A DNA stretch of 64,000 bases from NCBI GenBank assembly GCA_963777315.1, contig CAVZQC010000002.1, forward strand, positions 224,001 to 288,000, written 5' to 3'. This document shows positions 38,228 through 47,541 of this stretch, in pieces. The notes beneath the pieces were generated by a model. That model worked only from the letters and a program-made list of their open reading frames with translations. It did no database searches and was not told the DNA's origin. This DNA is from Vulcanimicrobiota bacterium (lineage in GTDB: Bacteria > Vulcanimicrobiota > Vulcanimicrobiia > Vulcanimicrobiales > Vulcanimicrobiaceae). A program made the translations under genes and the position numbers. Within the stretch, counting starts at the first letter, position 1; each line of letters opens with the position of its first letter.

Positions 38228-38748
38228 TCGAACTCGTCCAAAGCGACATCACGCTGCTGCACGCGGATGCCATCGTCAACGCTGCCAACGAGCAGCTTGC
38301 CGGGGGCGCCGGCGTGGACGGCGCGATCCATCGCGCGGGCGGCCGTGCGATTATGGAGCAGTGCCGCGCGATCGGCTCGTGCCCTACCGGGAGCGCCGTC
38401 ATCACCGGCGCGGGCGATTTGCACGCGCGGTACGTCATTCACGCCGTCGCGCCGATCTACCGCGGAATGGAAACGGATGCGCAATTGCTGGCAAGCGCGT
38501 ATCGGCGCGCGCTTGCGCTGGCCGACGAACACGCGCTGCGCAGCATCGCGTTTCCTTCGCTGGGCACCGGCGCGTACGGTTATCCAATCGAGCAGGCCGC
38601 GCGCATTGCGCTTGCGACGGTAATGGATCACCTCACGCGGAGCGATACGGCGATGCGTAGGGCGATCTTTGCGCTGTTCAGCGCGCGGGATTTTTCAGTG
38701 TACGATCGGACGCTGCGCTCGTTGCAGCGCCCCAGGCCGGCGAGCTAG
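38224..38748 (+). CDS. Macrodomain protein (O-acetyl-ADP-ribose deacetylase, YmdB-like)
   Basis: DIT...DAIVNAAN..LAGGAGVDGAIHRAGG, VIHAVAP, SIAFPSLGTGAYGYP. Confidence 0.93.
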   Translation: MIELVQSDITLLHADAIVNAANEQLAGGAGVDGAIHRAGGRAIMEQCRAIGSCPTGSAVITGAGDLHARYVIHAVAPIYRGMETDAQLLASAYRRALALADEHALRSIAFPSLGTGAYGYPIEQAARIALATVMDHLTRSDTAMRRAIFALFSARDFSVYDRTLRSLQRPRPAS

Positions 38749-39083
38749 GACTCCTCGCCCTTTTCGGGCTCGGTCCCGAGCTGCTTTTTCGCTTCGGCAA
38801 TCAGCTTTTTGACCTTCTGACCGCCCTTGTGGCCGATCTCTTCATAAAAATCGGCGCCGTATTTTTCCTTGACGACCTTGCCGCCTTTTTGGCCGATGGA
38901 TTCGTAAAACTCGACACCGTGCCGCTGGCGGGTCGCTTGGCCCCCTTTGCGGCCGATCTCCTCGTAAAAACCAGAGCCGTAACGGTCCCGAACGGTGTTG
39001 CCGCCCTTCTTGCCGGCCTCGCGCACGGACATCTCGCCACCCGGCTGCTTGTCGTCAGACTCGCCTTTGGTGGGTTTTGCCAT
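38745..39083 (-). CDS. KGG-repeat general stress protein (GsiB/Em-like)
   Basis: MSVREAGKKGG followed by 20-aa repeats FYEEIGRKGG / FYESIGQKGG / FYEEIGHKGG. Confidence 0.88.
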   Translation of the reverse strand: MAKPTKGESDDKQPGGEMSVREAGKKGGNTVRDRYGSGFYEEIGRKGGQATRQRHGVEFYESIGQKGGKVVKEKYGADFYEEIGHKGGQKVKKLIAEAKKQLGTEPEKGEES

Positions 39084-39115
39084 TGGTTACCCCGGTGGGA
39101 AAGAAAAAGAGGAGT

Positions 39116-39334
39116 TTAGGACGTCTTGCGTTTGAGCTTCTGTCCGCCCTTTTGACCGATCACCTCATAGAACGAGGGGCCGTACTTTTCCTTGGTCGCT
39201 TCCCCACCCTTGCGGCCAATGGCCTCGTAGAACTCGGTACCATACTTGGCCTTCACGCGTTCACCGCCACGCTTGCCTGCTTCGCGAACGGTCATGCCGC
39301 CTCCGGGCCCCTGCGTTTGTTCTTGCATTGCCAT
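39116..39334 (-). CDS. KGG-repeat general stress protein (GsiB/Em-like)
   Basis: MTVREAGKRGG, FYEAIGRKGG, FYEVIGQKGG. SD GAGGT upstream. Confidence 0.85.
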   Translation of the reverse strand: MAMQEQTQGPGGGMTVREAGKRGGERVKAKYGTEFYEAIGRKGGEATKEKYGPSFYEVIGQKGGQKLKRKTS

Positions 39335-39375
39335 ACTGGATTCGCACCTCGAAGTGAGAAAGTTTCAGGGAGTAA

Positions 39376-39400
39376 ATACCCACTCGACCGCCTGTTAAAC
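39376..39400 (-). promoter_or_regulatory. SigmaB-type stress promoter GTTTAA-N13-GGGTAT
   Basis: Minus strand reads GTTTAA CAGGCGGTCGAGT GGGTAT, about 40 nt upstream of the first KGG gene. Confidence 0.8.
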
Positions 39401-39426
39401 GAAGCAGCAGACAGGACTATCGCTCG

Positions 39427-41007
39427 ATGATATCGACGGTGCTCGAAAACGCAACGATAATCGACGGCACTGGTCGATTACCTTATACCACCGATGTCGG
39501 AATTTTCAACGATCGCATCGCATTGATAGGCGATTTGCGCGATCGCGACGCGATTGCGCGAATCGACTGCACCGCAAAGACGCTCGCGCCCGGCTTCATC
39601 GACGTACATTCGCATTCGGACGAATCGTGGCTGGCGCTTCCGCGCTGCGACGGCAAGATCGCGCAGGGCGTAACGACGGAAATCGGCGGCAACTGCGGCA
39701 TGTCGGTTGCGCCGCTGCACGGACCCGGCCTGCAGCGCGTGCAGCGCAGCGCGCAACTGCTCGGCATCGACGTCGCCTGGCGTACGTTGGACGAATTTTT
39801 CTCGCTGGTCGAACGCAGCGGCGTGGCTCTCAACGTCGCAACGCTCGTGGGGCTGGGTACGACGCGCCAAACGATCGCGGATGATTCCGAGCGGCGTTTG
39901 GAAGCCGGCGAGATCGAGGCGCAGGCTCAGACCGTGCGCGAGGCGTGCGAACAAGGCGCCTTGGGCGTATCCAGCGGTCTAATCTATCCTCCTTCGATGT
40001 ACGCCGATCGACGCGAATTGACGGCAATGGCGGCGGCGGCGCGCCATGCCGGAGCGCCGCGATATGCCTCGCACGTCCGCAACGAGGGCGACGAGCTGGT
40101 GACGGCGATCGAAGAAGCGCTCGAAGTGGGGCGGATTGCGGACGTCATCGTGCAGTGCTCGCATCACAAGGCCGCCGGCAAGAACAACTGGGGTAAGGTG
40201 CACCGCACGCTTGAAATGATCGACGCCGCGCGGGCGAGTGGACTGCATGCGTTCTGCGACGTGTATCCTTACGTCGCCAGTTGGACGGAGCTGGCAACGA
40301 TTTTACCGGCGCAAAGCCGTTTCGGCGGCGTGCAGGCGACGCTCGACCGGCTCGCGGATCCGCAACAGTCGAGCTCTCTGGCGCTCTACCTGGATCTCAA
40401 ACACGGGCACGCATGGGGCGACATGCTGATCACCGACGTTGCTTCGGATAAAAACGGCGAACTGGCGGGCATGCTCGTAAGCCAAATTGCGCGCATGTGG
40501 GCAATGACGCCGGCGCGCGCCGCCATTCGGCTTCTGCTCGAAGAAGGGTTGCAAGTCGGAGCCGTTTTTTTCACGATGAACGAGGACGACGTCGCAGCGG
40601 TGCTGTCGGCGGATTTCTGTTGCGTCGGCAGCGATGCGTCGATTCGCGCCTTGAACGGACCGACCGCGCGCGGCGTTCCGCACCCGCGAACGTTCGGTAC
40701 GTTTCCACGCGTGTTCGGACGATTCGTGCGCGGCCGCGGCACGCTCGACATCGTCCAGGCCGTTCATCGCATGACCGGTCTGCCGGCCGCGATTTTCGGC
40801 CTAGCGAATCGGGGCGCCATCGCGGTAGGGCATTTCGCCGACGTGGTCGTGTTCGACGCGGCGGGCATCCGGGATACGGCTACTTACGAACGCCCGTACA
40901 GCTTTCCGGACGGCGTCGATCACGTGTTCGTAAACGGGCGGCCCGTACTGCTGCGCGGGCAGTTTACGGCCGAACGCCCGGGACGCGTGTTGCGCGGGGG
41001 CCGCTGA
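39427..41007 (+). CDS. N-acyl-D-amino-acid deacylase (amidohydrolase family)
   Basis: APGFIDVHSHSD, QGVTTEIGGNCG, SHVRNE, SHHK, DVYPY, GSD, PHPRTFGTFPR, VNG...RPGRVLR. Confidence 0.9.
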   Translation: MISTVLENATIIDGTGRLPYTTDVGIFNDRIALIGDLRDRDAIARIDCTAKTLAPGFIDVHSHSDESWLALPRCDGKIAQGVTTEIGGNCGMSVAPLHGPGLQRVQRSAQLLGIDVAWRTLDEFFSLVERSGVALNVATLVGLGTTRQTIADDSERRLEAGEIEAQAQTVREACEQGALGVSSGLIYPPSMYADRRELTAMAAAARHAGAPRYASHVRNEGDELVTAIEEALEVGRIADVIVQCSHHKAAGKNNWGKVHRTLEMIDAARASGLHAFCDVYPYVASWTELATILPAQSRFGGVQATLDRLADPQQSSSLALYLDLKHGHAWGDMLITDVASDKNGELAGMLVSQIARMWAMTPARAAIRLLLEEGLQVGAVFFTMNEDDVAAVLSADFCCVGSDASIRALNGPTARGVPHPRTFGTFPRVFGRFVRGRGTLDIVQAVHRMTGLPAAIFGLANRGAIAVGHFADVVVFDAAGIRDTATYERPYSFPDGVDHVFVNGRPVLLRGQFTAERPGRVLRGGR

Positions 41008-41103
41008 CGCACAAGCCGGGCGAGCGCGTTTGGCTCGCGCCGGATGGTGGCATAATGGCAGCGTCAAGTAAAGCTAGAGGAGTAGTCCATTGGCGTAGCT
41101 TGA

Positions 41104-41133
41104 AAAGGGGCCGGTGCTTCACCGGGCCCCTTT
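41104..41133. terminator. Bidirectional intrinsic terminator between the aminoacylase gene and coaE
   Basis: AAAGGGGCCGGTG-CTT-CACCGGGCCCCTTT, a stem with A/T tracts on both sides. Confidence 0.7.
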
Positions 41134-41156
41134 GCTGTTTGCCGCGTTCGGCGCAG

Positions 41157-41741
41157 CTATTTGCCGGTCAGCTGCTCGTACAGCGCGTGCACGCGCTGTT
41201 TAAGATGCAGAAAGTCGCCGTCGTTGTCGATCACGTAGTCCGCTCGAAGGCGAGCCTGCTCGGGTTCGATTTGGGAGGCCATGCGCGACTGCGCCTGCTC
41301 CTGCGTCATACGATCGCGGCGAGCGATGCGCTGCAGCCGCTGCGCGATTGGAGCGACGACCACGATGCTGGCATCGACCCGGCGGTCGTAACCGGTTTCG
41401 AACAACAGCGGAACCACGTGCACGACGAGCTGACCCGGAGCGGCATAGCGGTCGCGTTCGTCGGCCAAACGGCGGACGTGCGGATGGACGATGGAGTTCA
41501 AGCGCTCGCGCGCCGGCGGGTCGTGGAAGACGATGTGCGCCAGAGCGGCACGGTCCAGATGTCCGTCGCGCACGACGGAGGGCCACGTGCGCGCAATTTC
41601 ACGCAAACCGTCGCTGCCCGGAGCAACCGCTTCGCGCGCGAGCCCGTCGGTGTCGACGATGTACGCGCCGAGCGATTCGAACAGCCGCGCTACTTCACTT
41701 TTTCCGGCGCCGATGCCGCCGGTCAGTCCGATTCTCCTCAA
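41157..41741 (-). CDS. coaE: Dephospho-CoA kinase
   Basis: IGLTGGIGAGKS P-loop, D.D.LAREAV, LDRAALA..VF, LNSIVHP.VR, VPLLFE, ADYVIDN. Confidence 0.95.
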   Translation of the reverse strand: MRRIGLTGGIGAGKSEVARLFESLGAYIVDTDGLAREAVAPGSDGLREIARTWPSVVRDGHLDRAALAHIVFHDPPARERLNSIVHPHVRRLADERDRYAAPGQLVVHVVPLLFETGYDRRVDASIVVVAPIAQRLQRIARRDRMTQEQAQSRMASQIEPEQARLRADYVIDNDGDFLHLKQRVHALYEQLTGK

Positions 41742-42453
41742 CCGCGGAGCCTCAAAGCCAATGGCACATCAGGCACACGTCCATCGCACATCCTGTGCGA
41801 GCGGCAAATGCTCGCATCCCGCTCGCTATGCCGCCGGTCAGTCCGATCCTCGCCACCCGCCGACCTCAAACTATCAATCGCACATCAAGCACAAACGCTA
41901 TCGCACGTCCTGTGCGAGCGGCAAATGCTCGCATCCCGCTCGCTATGCCGCCGGTCAGTCCGATCCTCGCCACCCGCCGACCTCAAACTATCAATCGCAC
42001 ATCAAGCACAAACGCTATCGCACGTCCTGTGCGAGCGGCAAATGCTCGCATCCCGCTCGCTATGCCGCCGGTCAGTCCGATCCTCGCCACCCGCCGACCT
42101 CAAACTATCAATCGCACATCAAGCACAAACGCTATCGCACGTCCTGTGCGAGCGGCAAATGCTCGCATCCCGCTCGCTATGCCGCCGGTCAGTCCGATCC
42201 TCGCCACCCGCCGACCTCAAACTATCAATCGCACATCAAGCACAAACGCTATCGCACGTCCTGTGCGAGCGGCAAATGCTCGCATCCCGCTCGCTATGCC
42301 GCCGGTCAGTCCGATCCTCGCCACCCGCCGACCTCAAACTATCAATCGCACATCAAGCACAAACGCTATCGCACATCCTGTGCGAGCGGCAAATGCTCGC
42401 ATCCCGCTCGCTATGCCGCCGGTCAGTCCGATCCTCGTCACCCGCCGACCTCA
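41713..42453 (-). repeat. 117-bp tandem repeat array (about 5.7 near-identical units at 41783-42453 plus a degenerate copy running into coaE); each unit is SD + GTG + mini-ORF
   Basis: Marker TCCTGTG at 41791, 41908, 42025, 42142, 42259, 42376 (exact 117 period). Minus-strand GTG starts at 42441, 42324, 42207, 42090, 41973, 41856. Confidence 0.95.
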
Positions 42454-42470
42454 CACTACCGTCGGGTTCC

Positions 42471-43625
42471 TTATTCCGGTTTGACCTCGGCGGCCTCCGG
42501 TGCCGGCGGCGCGCCGACTTCCTCGTCGATGGCGTACTTCTCGATCTCTTCGGGTGGAACGTCCGCGACGTGCTGAATCGATGCAGTGATCCGTCGCGTC
42601 GAGTGATTGATCGTCAGGAGCGTCACTTCGACTTCCTGGCCGGGGCTGAACTGCGCCGAAGGATCGAACTCGCCCTTGGGCACCATCGCCAAAACGCCCG
42701 GAACGATTTCCACGAGCAGATAGTTCGGCGTCACCTTGACGATCTGCGCGGACAGCTTGTTGGTCTCGTACAGCTTGTCGGCGTGCTCGTCCCATGGATC
42801 GGGCAGCGTGTGCTTGAGCGACAAGCTGACCTTCTTTGCGTCCGGGTCGAATTTCATGATTTCGACGTTGACGACGTCGCCGATCTTCACGACTTCGGAG
42901 GGATGTTTGATGCGGGCGTAGCTCGAGCTCGCTGTTGTGGATGAGCCCGTCGATGCCGCCCAGATCCACGAATGCTCCGAACTCTGCCAGCCGCACGACC
43001 ACGCCTTCGCGGATCTGTCCGACCTCGAGCGTGCCGAGCAGCTCCTGTTTCTTCGCGTTCAACTCCTCTTCCAGAACCAGACGCTGAGAGAGAACTACGC
43101 GATGCCGTTTGTGGTCGAGATCGATGACCTTGAGGCGCAGCTTTTGCCGATCAGCTCGTCGAGATTGCCGACCGGCTGACGGCGGATCTGCGAAGCCGGA
43201 ACGAAGCCGCGCATGCCGAGATCGACCAGGACGCCGCCTTTGACGACCTGCGTGACGGTCGCCTCGATCACTTCGTCGCGATCGTGCGCTTCGATGACCT
43301 TCTCCCAGGTCTTGAGCGCGCGGGCGCGGCGTTCGGACAGAAACAGCGTACCGTCCATGTCGTCGATGCGATGGATCATCACCTCGAGCGTGTCGCCGAC
43401 CTTTAAGTCTTTTGGTTCGATCGCCAGAGAAAGTTCGCGAAACGGCAGCGCGCCCTCGGACTTGCCGCCGATGTCGACCAGGAGCTCGTCCTGATATTTG
43501 GCCACAATGACGCCGTTGAGAACTTGTCCTTCGTCCAGGACCTTGAGCGATTCTTCGTAGAGTCGTTGCTCGAGCGCGTGCTGGTCTTCTTCTTCGTGCA
43601 CGGGAGCGATGTTGGTCGTAGTGAT
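42471..43625 (-). CDS. rpsA: 30S ribosomal protein S1 (four S1 domains); two compensating frameshifts near 43143 and 42925
   Basis: LVDIGGKSEG, VKGGVLVDLGMRGFVPASQI, FGAFVDLGGIDGLIHNSEL, KVSLSLK..PDPW, spread over three ORFs. Start is GTG 43601 or possibly ATC 43625. Confidence 0.9.
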
Positions 43626-43656
43626 TGTTTGAGTTCCTACCTTCGTTTATTTTGCA

Positions 43657-44469
43657 TTATTTCTGACACTTGCGGCACCACCAGGTTCCGCGTTGCGCAA
43701 TGACGGTCCGCACGATTTCGCTGCGGCAGCGAGAGCACGGAGCCCCCGTTCTGCCATAGACCGAAAGCGCGTTTTGAAAGCCGCCCTTCAATCCATCTGC
43801 ATCGACGTAGTCGTCCACGCTGCTGCCGCGCATGTCGATAGCGCGCTGCAGAACGTCGACGAGGGCATGATGCAATCGGCGAATCGCCGGTTTGGTCAGC
43901 GTTCCGGCGGGCCTGCCGGGACGAATCCCGGCCTGCCAGAGCGCTTCGCACGCATAGATATTGCCGATGCCCGCGATGCGCCGCTGATCGAGCAGAAACG
44001 CCTTTATGGGCGTTGTCCGCCCCGACAGCATAGCGATAAAGCCCTCCGGAGTAAAGTCCCCGGAAAGCGGCTCGACGCCCAAGGCGCGATCCCACGCCTC
44101 GCCGGGCCGGACCAAGCGCATGCGTCCGAACTGGCGCACGTCGGCAAACGCGAGCTCCGTCCCGTCCGAGAAGGTCAGAACGACGTGGACGTACGGATAG
44201 TCGCGTCCTTTCGCCTCAAGGGCTACCAGGCGCCCGGTCATTCGCAAGCTGACCACGAGCGCCTCGCCCGAGTGCAGCCCGATGACGGCGTATTTTCCCC
44301 GGCGGTCAACTCCGCAGATACGCCGGCCGCGCACCGCCTGTTCGAACGAAACGCCGGCGGGCGCCACCGCAATTTTTTTCATCGTGACGCGCGCGCGGGC
44401 GATCGTTTTGCCGACGATGGCGCGGCGCAACCCCCGCACGATCGTTTCGACTTCGGGCAATTCCGGCAT
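43657..44469 (-). CDS. mutM: Formamidopyrimidine-DNA glycosylase
   Basis: MPELPEVET, RRGKY, LRMTG, DVRQFG, LLDQRRIAGIGNIYACEAL, C-terminal CxxC...CxxCQ zinc finger. Confidence 0.96.
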   Translation of the reverse strand: MPELPEVETIVRGLRRAIVGKTIARARVTMKKIAVAPAGVSFEQAVRGRRICGVDRRGKYAVIGLHSGEALVVSLRMTGRLVALEAKGRDYPYVHVVLTFSDGTELAFADVRQFGRMRLVRPGEAWDRALGVEPLSGDFTPEGFIAMLSGRTTPIKAFLLDQRRIAGIGNIYACEALWQAGIRPGRPAGTLTKPAIRRLHHALVDVLQRAIDMRGSSVDDYVDADGLKGGFQNALSVYGRTGAPCSRCRSEIVRTVIAQRGTWWCRKCQK

Positions 44470-44484
44470 GCCAGTTTCCGGCTG

Positions 44485-44931
44485 TTAGCGGGGCAGGCCC
44501 AACACGCGCGCCCCTGCATGCAATCCGTCAGCCGGTGCTTCGCCCGCCGGAAGCTCGATGACGTATTTGGCGCGGGCCTGCTCGAGCGGAATGTCGCCGT
44601 CGGCCATGCTCGCGGGTACCACCGGCACGTTTGCGTACACTTGGCGCACGATGCCCTGCGCGGAAATGAAAACCATGTCCAGCGGGACCAGCGTATCCTT
44701 CATCCAGAACGCGACCGGCTCGTCGGTTTCGAACACGAACAGCATTCCGGTCCGGCGAGGCAAATGCGCCACGCCCATGAGGCCTCGCGCGCGCTGCTCG
44801 TCCGTGTCCGCAACTTGAACGCGGACGACTGCGCGCGGCAGGTGCAGGGCGATCCGGGGCAAGGATTGCGCAGTCGGAACCGGCGCCGGATTGGCCGCCA
44901 GAACGAGTGCGAGGACGAAGTTACAAATCAT
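44485..44931 (-). CDS. DUF192 family protein
   Basis: VADT.EQRARGLM, GMLFVF, FWMKDTLVPLDMVFI, YVIELPAG. Confidence 0.9.
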   Translation of the reverse strand: MICNFVLALVLAANPAPVPTAQSLPRIALHLPRAVVRVQVADTDEQRARGLMGVAHLPRRTGMLFVFETDEPVAFWMKDTLVPLDMVFISAQGIVRQVYANVPVVPASMADGDIPLEQARAKYVIELPAGEAPADGLHAGARVLGLPR

Positions 44932-47541
44932 CCGTTTGCTCCACGTCGTACCAATTCGTTCCGACCTTTGCCGTAGCGACCAGCGGAACGTCCAGCTCGA
45001 CGACCCCTTCCATCTCCGAGCGCACCAGCTGCGCCGTCTGCCGCAGCTGCGAGCGGTGCACTTCAAAGATCACTTCGTCGTGTATCTGCAGCAGCATGCG
45101 CGCGTCCAACCCCTCACGGGAGAGCCCCGCCGCAATTCGAACCATCGCCAGTTTCATGATGTCCGCGGCGCTGCCTTGCAGAGGGGCGTTGGTCGCCTCG
45201 CGTTCGGCAGCCGAGCGCAGCATGTAATTGCTGGAACGCAGCGCAGGCATGTATCGTCGCCGGCCCAGCAGCGTGCTGACGTAGCCCAGATCGCGTCCGC
45301 CGGCAATCACGCTCTCGATGTACGCGCGCACCTTGGGAAAACGCGCGAAATACGCTTGCGTCATCGCTTTGGCCAGCGCCCTGTCGATCTCCAGCCGTTG
45401 CGCCAGACCAAAATCCGACATGCCGTACAGCAATCCGAAATTCACCGATTTGGCCATGCGTCGCTGATTGCCGTCGACGTGCGCGCCGGCGGGCACGTTG
45501 AATATTTGGCGCGCCGTGAAGTCGTGGATGTCCTGACCTTCTTCGAAGGCTCGGCGCATCGCTTCGTCGCCCGAAAGATGCGCCATCAAGCGAAGTTCGA
45601 TTTGGCTGTAGTCCGCGGCCAGCAGCACGTACTGCTCTGCGGGAGCTGACGAACGCGCGCCGGATCCGCCGTCCGAGATCGCTGCGCACGGGAATATTCT
45701 GCAGATTCGGATTGGTCGAACTCAGCCTGCCCGTCGCCGTGGCGGTTTGGTTGAAAATCGTGCGCAGCCGCCCGTCGCTCTTGTCGGTCAGCGCCGGAAT
45801 GACGTCGACATACGTGTTCTTCAGACTTCGTGACTTCGCGATATTCCAAAACCTTGGCGCAGATCGGGTAATCGCGGGCCAATCCCTGAAGCACTTCGAC
45901 GCCCGTTGCCCATCCCGTCTTGGTTTTTTTACCGCCCGGAATACAGAGTTTGCCGAAAAGCACGTTGCCCAGCTGCATCGGCGAACCGATGTTGAACTGC
46001 TCGCCGGCAAAATCGTAGATCTCTTTTTGCAGCCGCTCTACCGCCGAGTCGATCTCTTTGGCTAAAACGTGCAGCTCCTTTGGATCGACCAGGACTCCGG
46101 TCCATTCCATTTGCGCCAAAACCGGCGCGAGCGGAACTTCGACTACTTCATACAGGCGAAGCTGGCTGCGCGCCTGTAATGCCTCGCGCTCCGCCTGAGC
46201 GAGGCGCAGCACGGCGTCGGCATGCGCGGCAACGTCGTCGCCGGCCGAGAGCGCCAGCACTTCCTGCGCCGCTTCCTCGATCCGGGCGAACGTGCGCGAC
46301 GGATTGAGCAAATGCGCCCCGATCATTGTGTCGTCGGCGAAGGGCTTGGGCGAAAAACCGTGCGTGTGCAGCAGGTGCAACAGGCTTTTGACGTCGTGGG
46401 CGGCAAAGCGCGCCGCGCTTTCCCACAGCGCTGCAAATGCCGCAGCAACCGGTTCGTGAGCGAGCGCTCCGGCGGTAAATCCCAGTCCGGTGCCCGACTG
46501 CGCGCTCACGCCGAGCTCGCCGCCGGCTTTGACGGCAAACGCAATCGTACCGGCGCCGACGAGCTCTTCCAGCTCGCGCGCAAGTTGCGTGAATTCCGGC
46601 GGGTCGGTTGCGGCGACGTACGAGCGGTACCGCCCTTTGAGGCGCTCCTGCGTTTCCAGCAGCGGCATCTCCAGCGGCACGTCCAGCTTGCTCAGCAGCG
46701 TTTTGAATTCGAGATCGCTGTAAAGACGGTACAGCTCGTCGTTGCCCGGCGGCGTATAGCGCGACTGCTCCCAATCCAGCGCGATATCCAGATTCTTGCG
46801 CGCAACCGATACGTCGCGGCACACTTGTGCCTGTTTGCCGTGCTCTTCGACGAGCGCGCGCAATTTGGCCGAGCCGGCCAAAGCCGGATCGCTTACGAGC
46901 GCATCGAGAGAACCCGCTGCTTTAATCAGCTTTATCGCGGTCTTTTCCCCGACACCGGGAATGCCGGGCAGGTTGTCGGATGGATCGCCCTTGAGCCCGC
47001 GGTAGTCGGGAAGTTGCACGGGTTCCAGGCCGTCGTAGCGCTCGCGAACCGCCGCAACGTCGTATCGCCCGAGCTCGGTGATTCCGCGCCGCGTCATCAG
47101 TATCGTGGTGTTGGCGTCGACCAGTTGAAAGAGATCGGTGTCTCCGGTGACGATCACCGTTTCTTGACCGTCCCGTTCGGCCTGTCGAGCGAGCGTGGCG
47201 ATGATGTCGTCGGCCTCTTCGCCTTCAATCTCGACGATCGGAATCCGGTTCACGTCGAGAATCCGTCGAACGAGGGCAAATTGCGGACGCAAGTCGTCGG
47301 GCATCCGATCGCGCTGGGCTTTGTACTGACGGTACAGCGCCACCCGGTGCGCGGGCATGCCTTTGTCGAACGCCGCGACGATGTGCGTGGGCTTTTCGTC
47401 CGCGGCGATCTTGTTGAGCATCTGCGTAAAGCCGTAGGCGGCATTGATCGGCACGCCGCGCGTGGTCGTCAGCGGCGGCAGCGCGAAAAACGCACGGTAC
47501 ACCAGTCCGTACGTGTCCAGCAGCATGAGTTTGTCGCTCAC
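44921..47541 (-). CDS. polA: DNA polymerase I; two frameshifts near 45825 and 45640
   Basis: LLDTYGLVYRAFFA, EADDIIATL, GDPSDNLPGIPGVGEKTA, TATGRLSS.NPNLQNIP, ADYSQIELR, AKSVNFGLLYG, QIHDE, spread over three ORFs. Confidence 0.93.

Noticed and set aside
41783..42453. CRISPR array interpretation of the repeat
   Set aside because: The units are near-identical over the full 117 bp with no unique spacers, and no cas genes are in the window.
40497..42944. Long plus-strand ORFs (815, 378, 361 aa) with 39-aa repeats
   Set aside because: By-products of a stop-free repeat whose length is divisible by 3. They lie antisense to coaE and rpsA and have no credible starts.
42471..47541. rpsA and polA as pseudogenes or programmed-frameshift genes
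   Set aside because: Both are core genes with intact motifs. Six single-base shifts scattered over four genes (also S53 near 29818 and FAH near 51356) with no shared slippery motif are best explained as sequencing indels. A read check would settle this.
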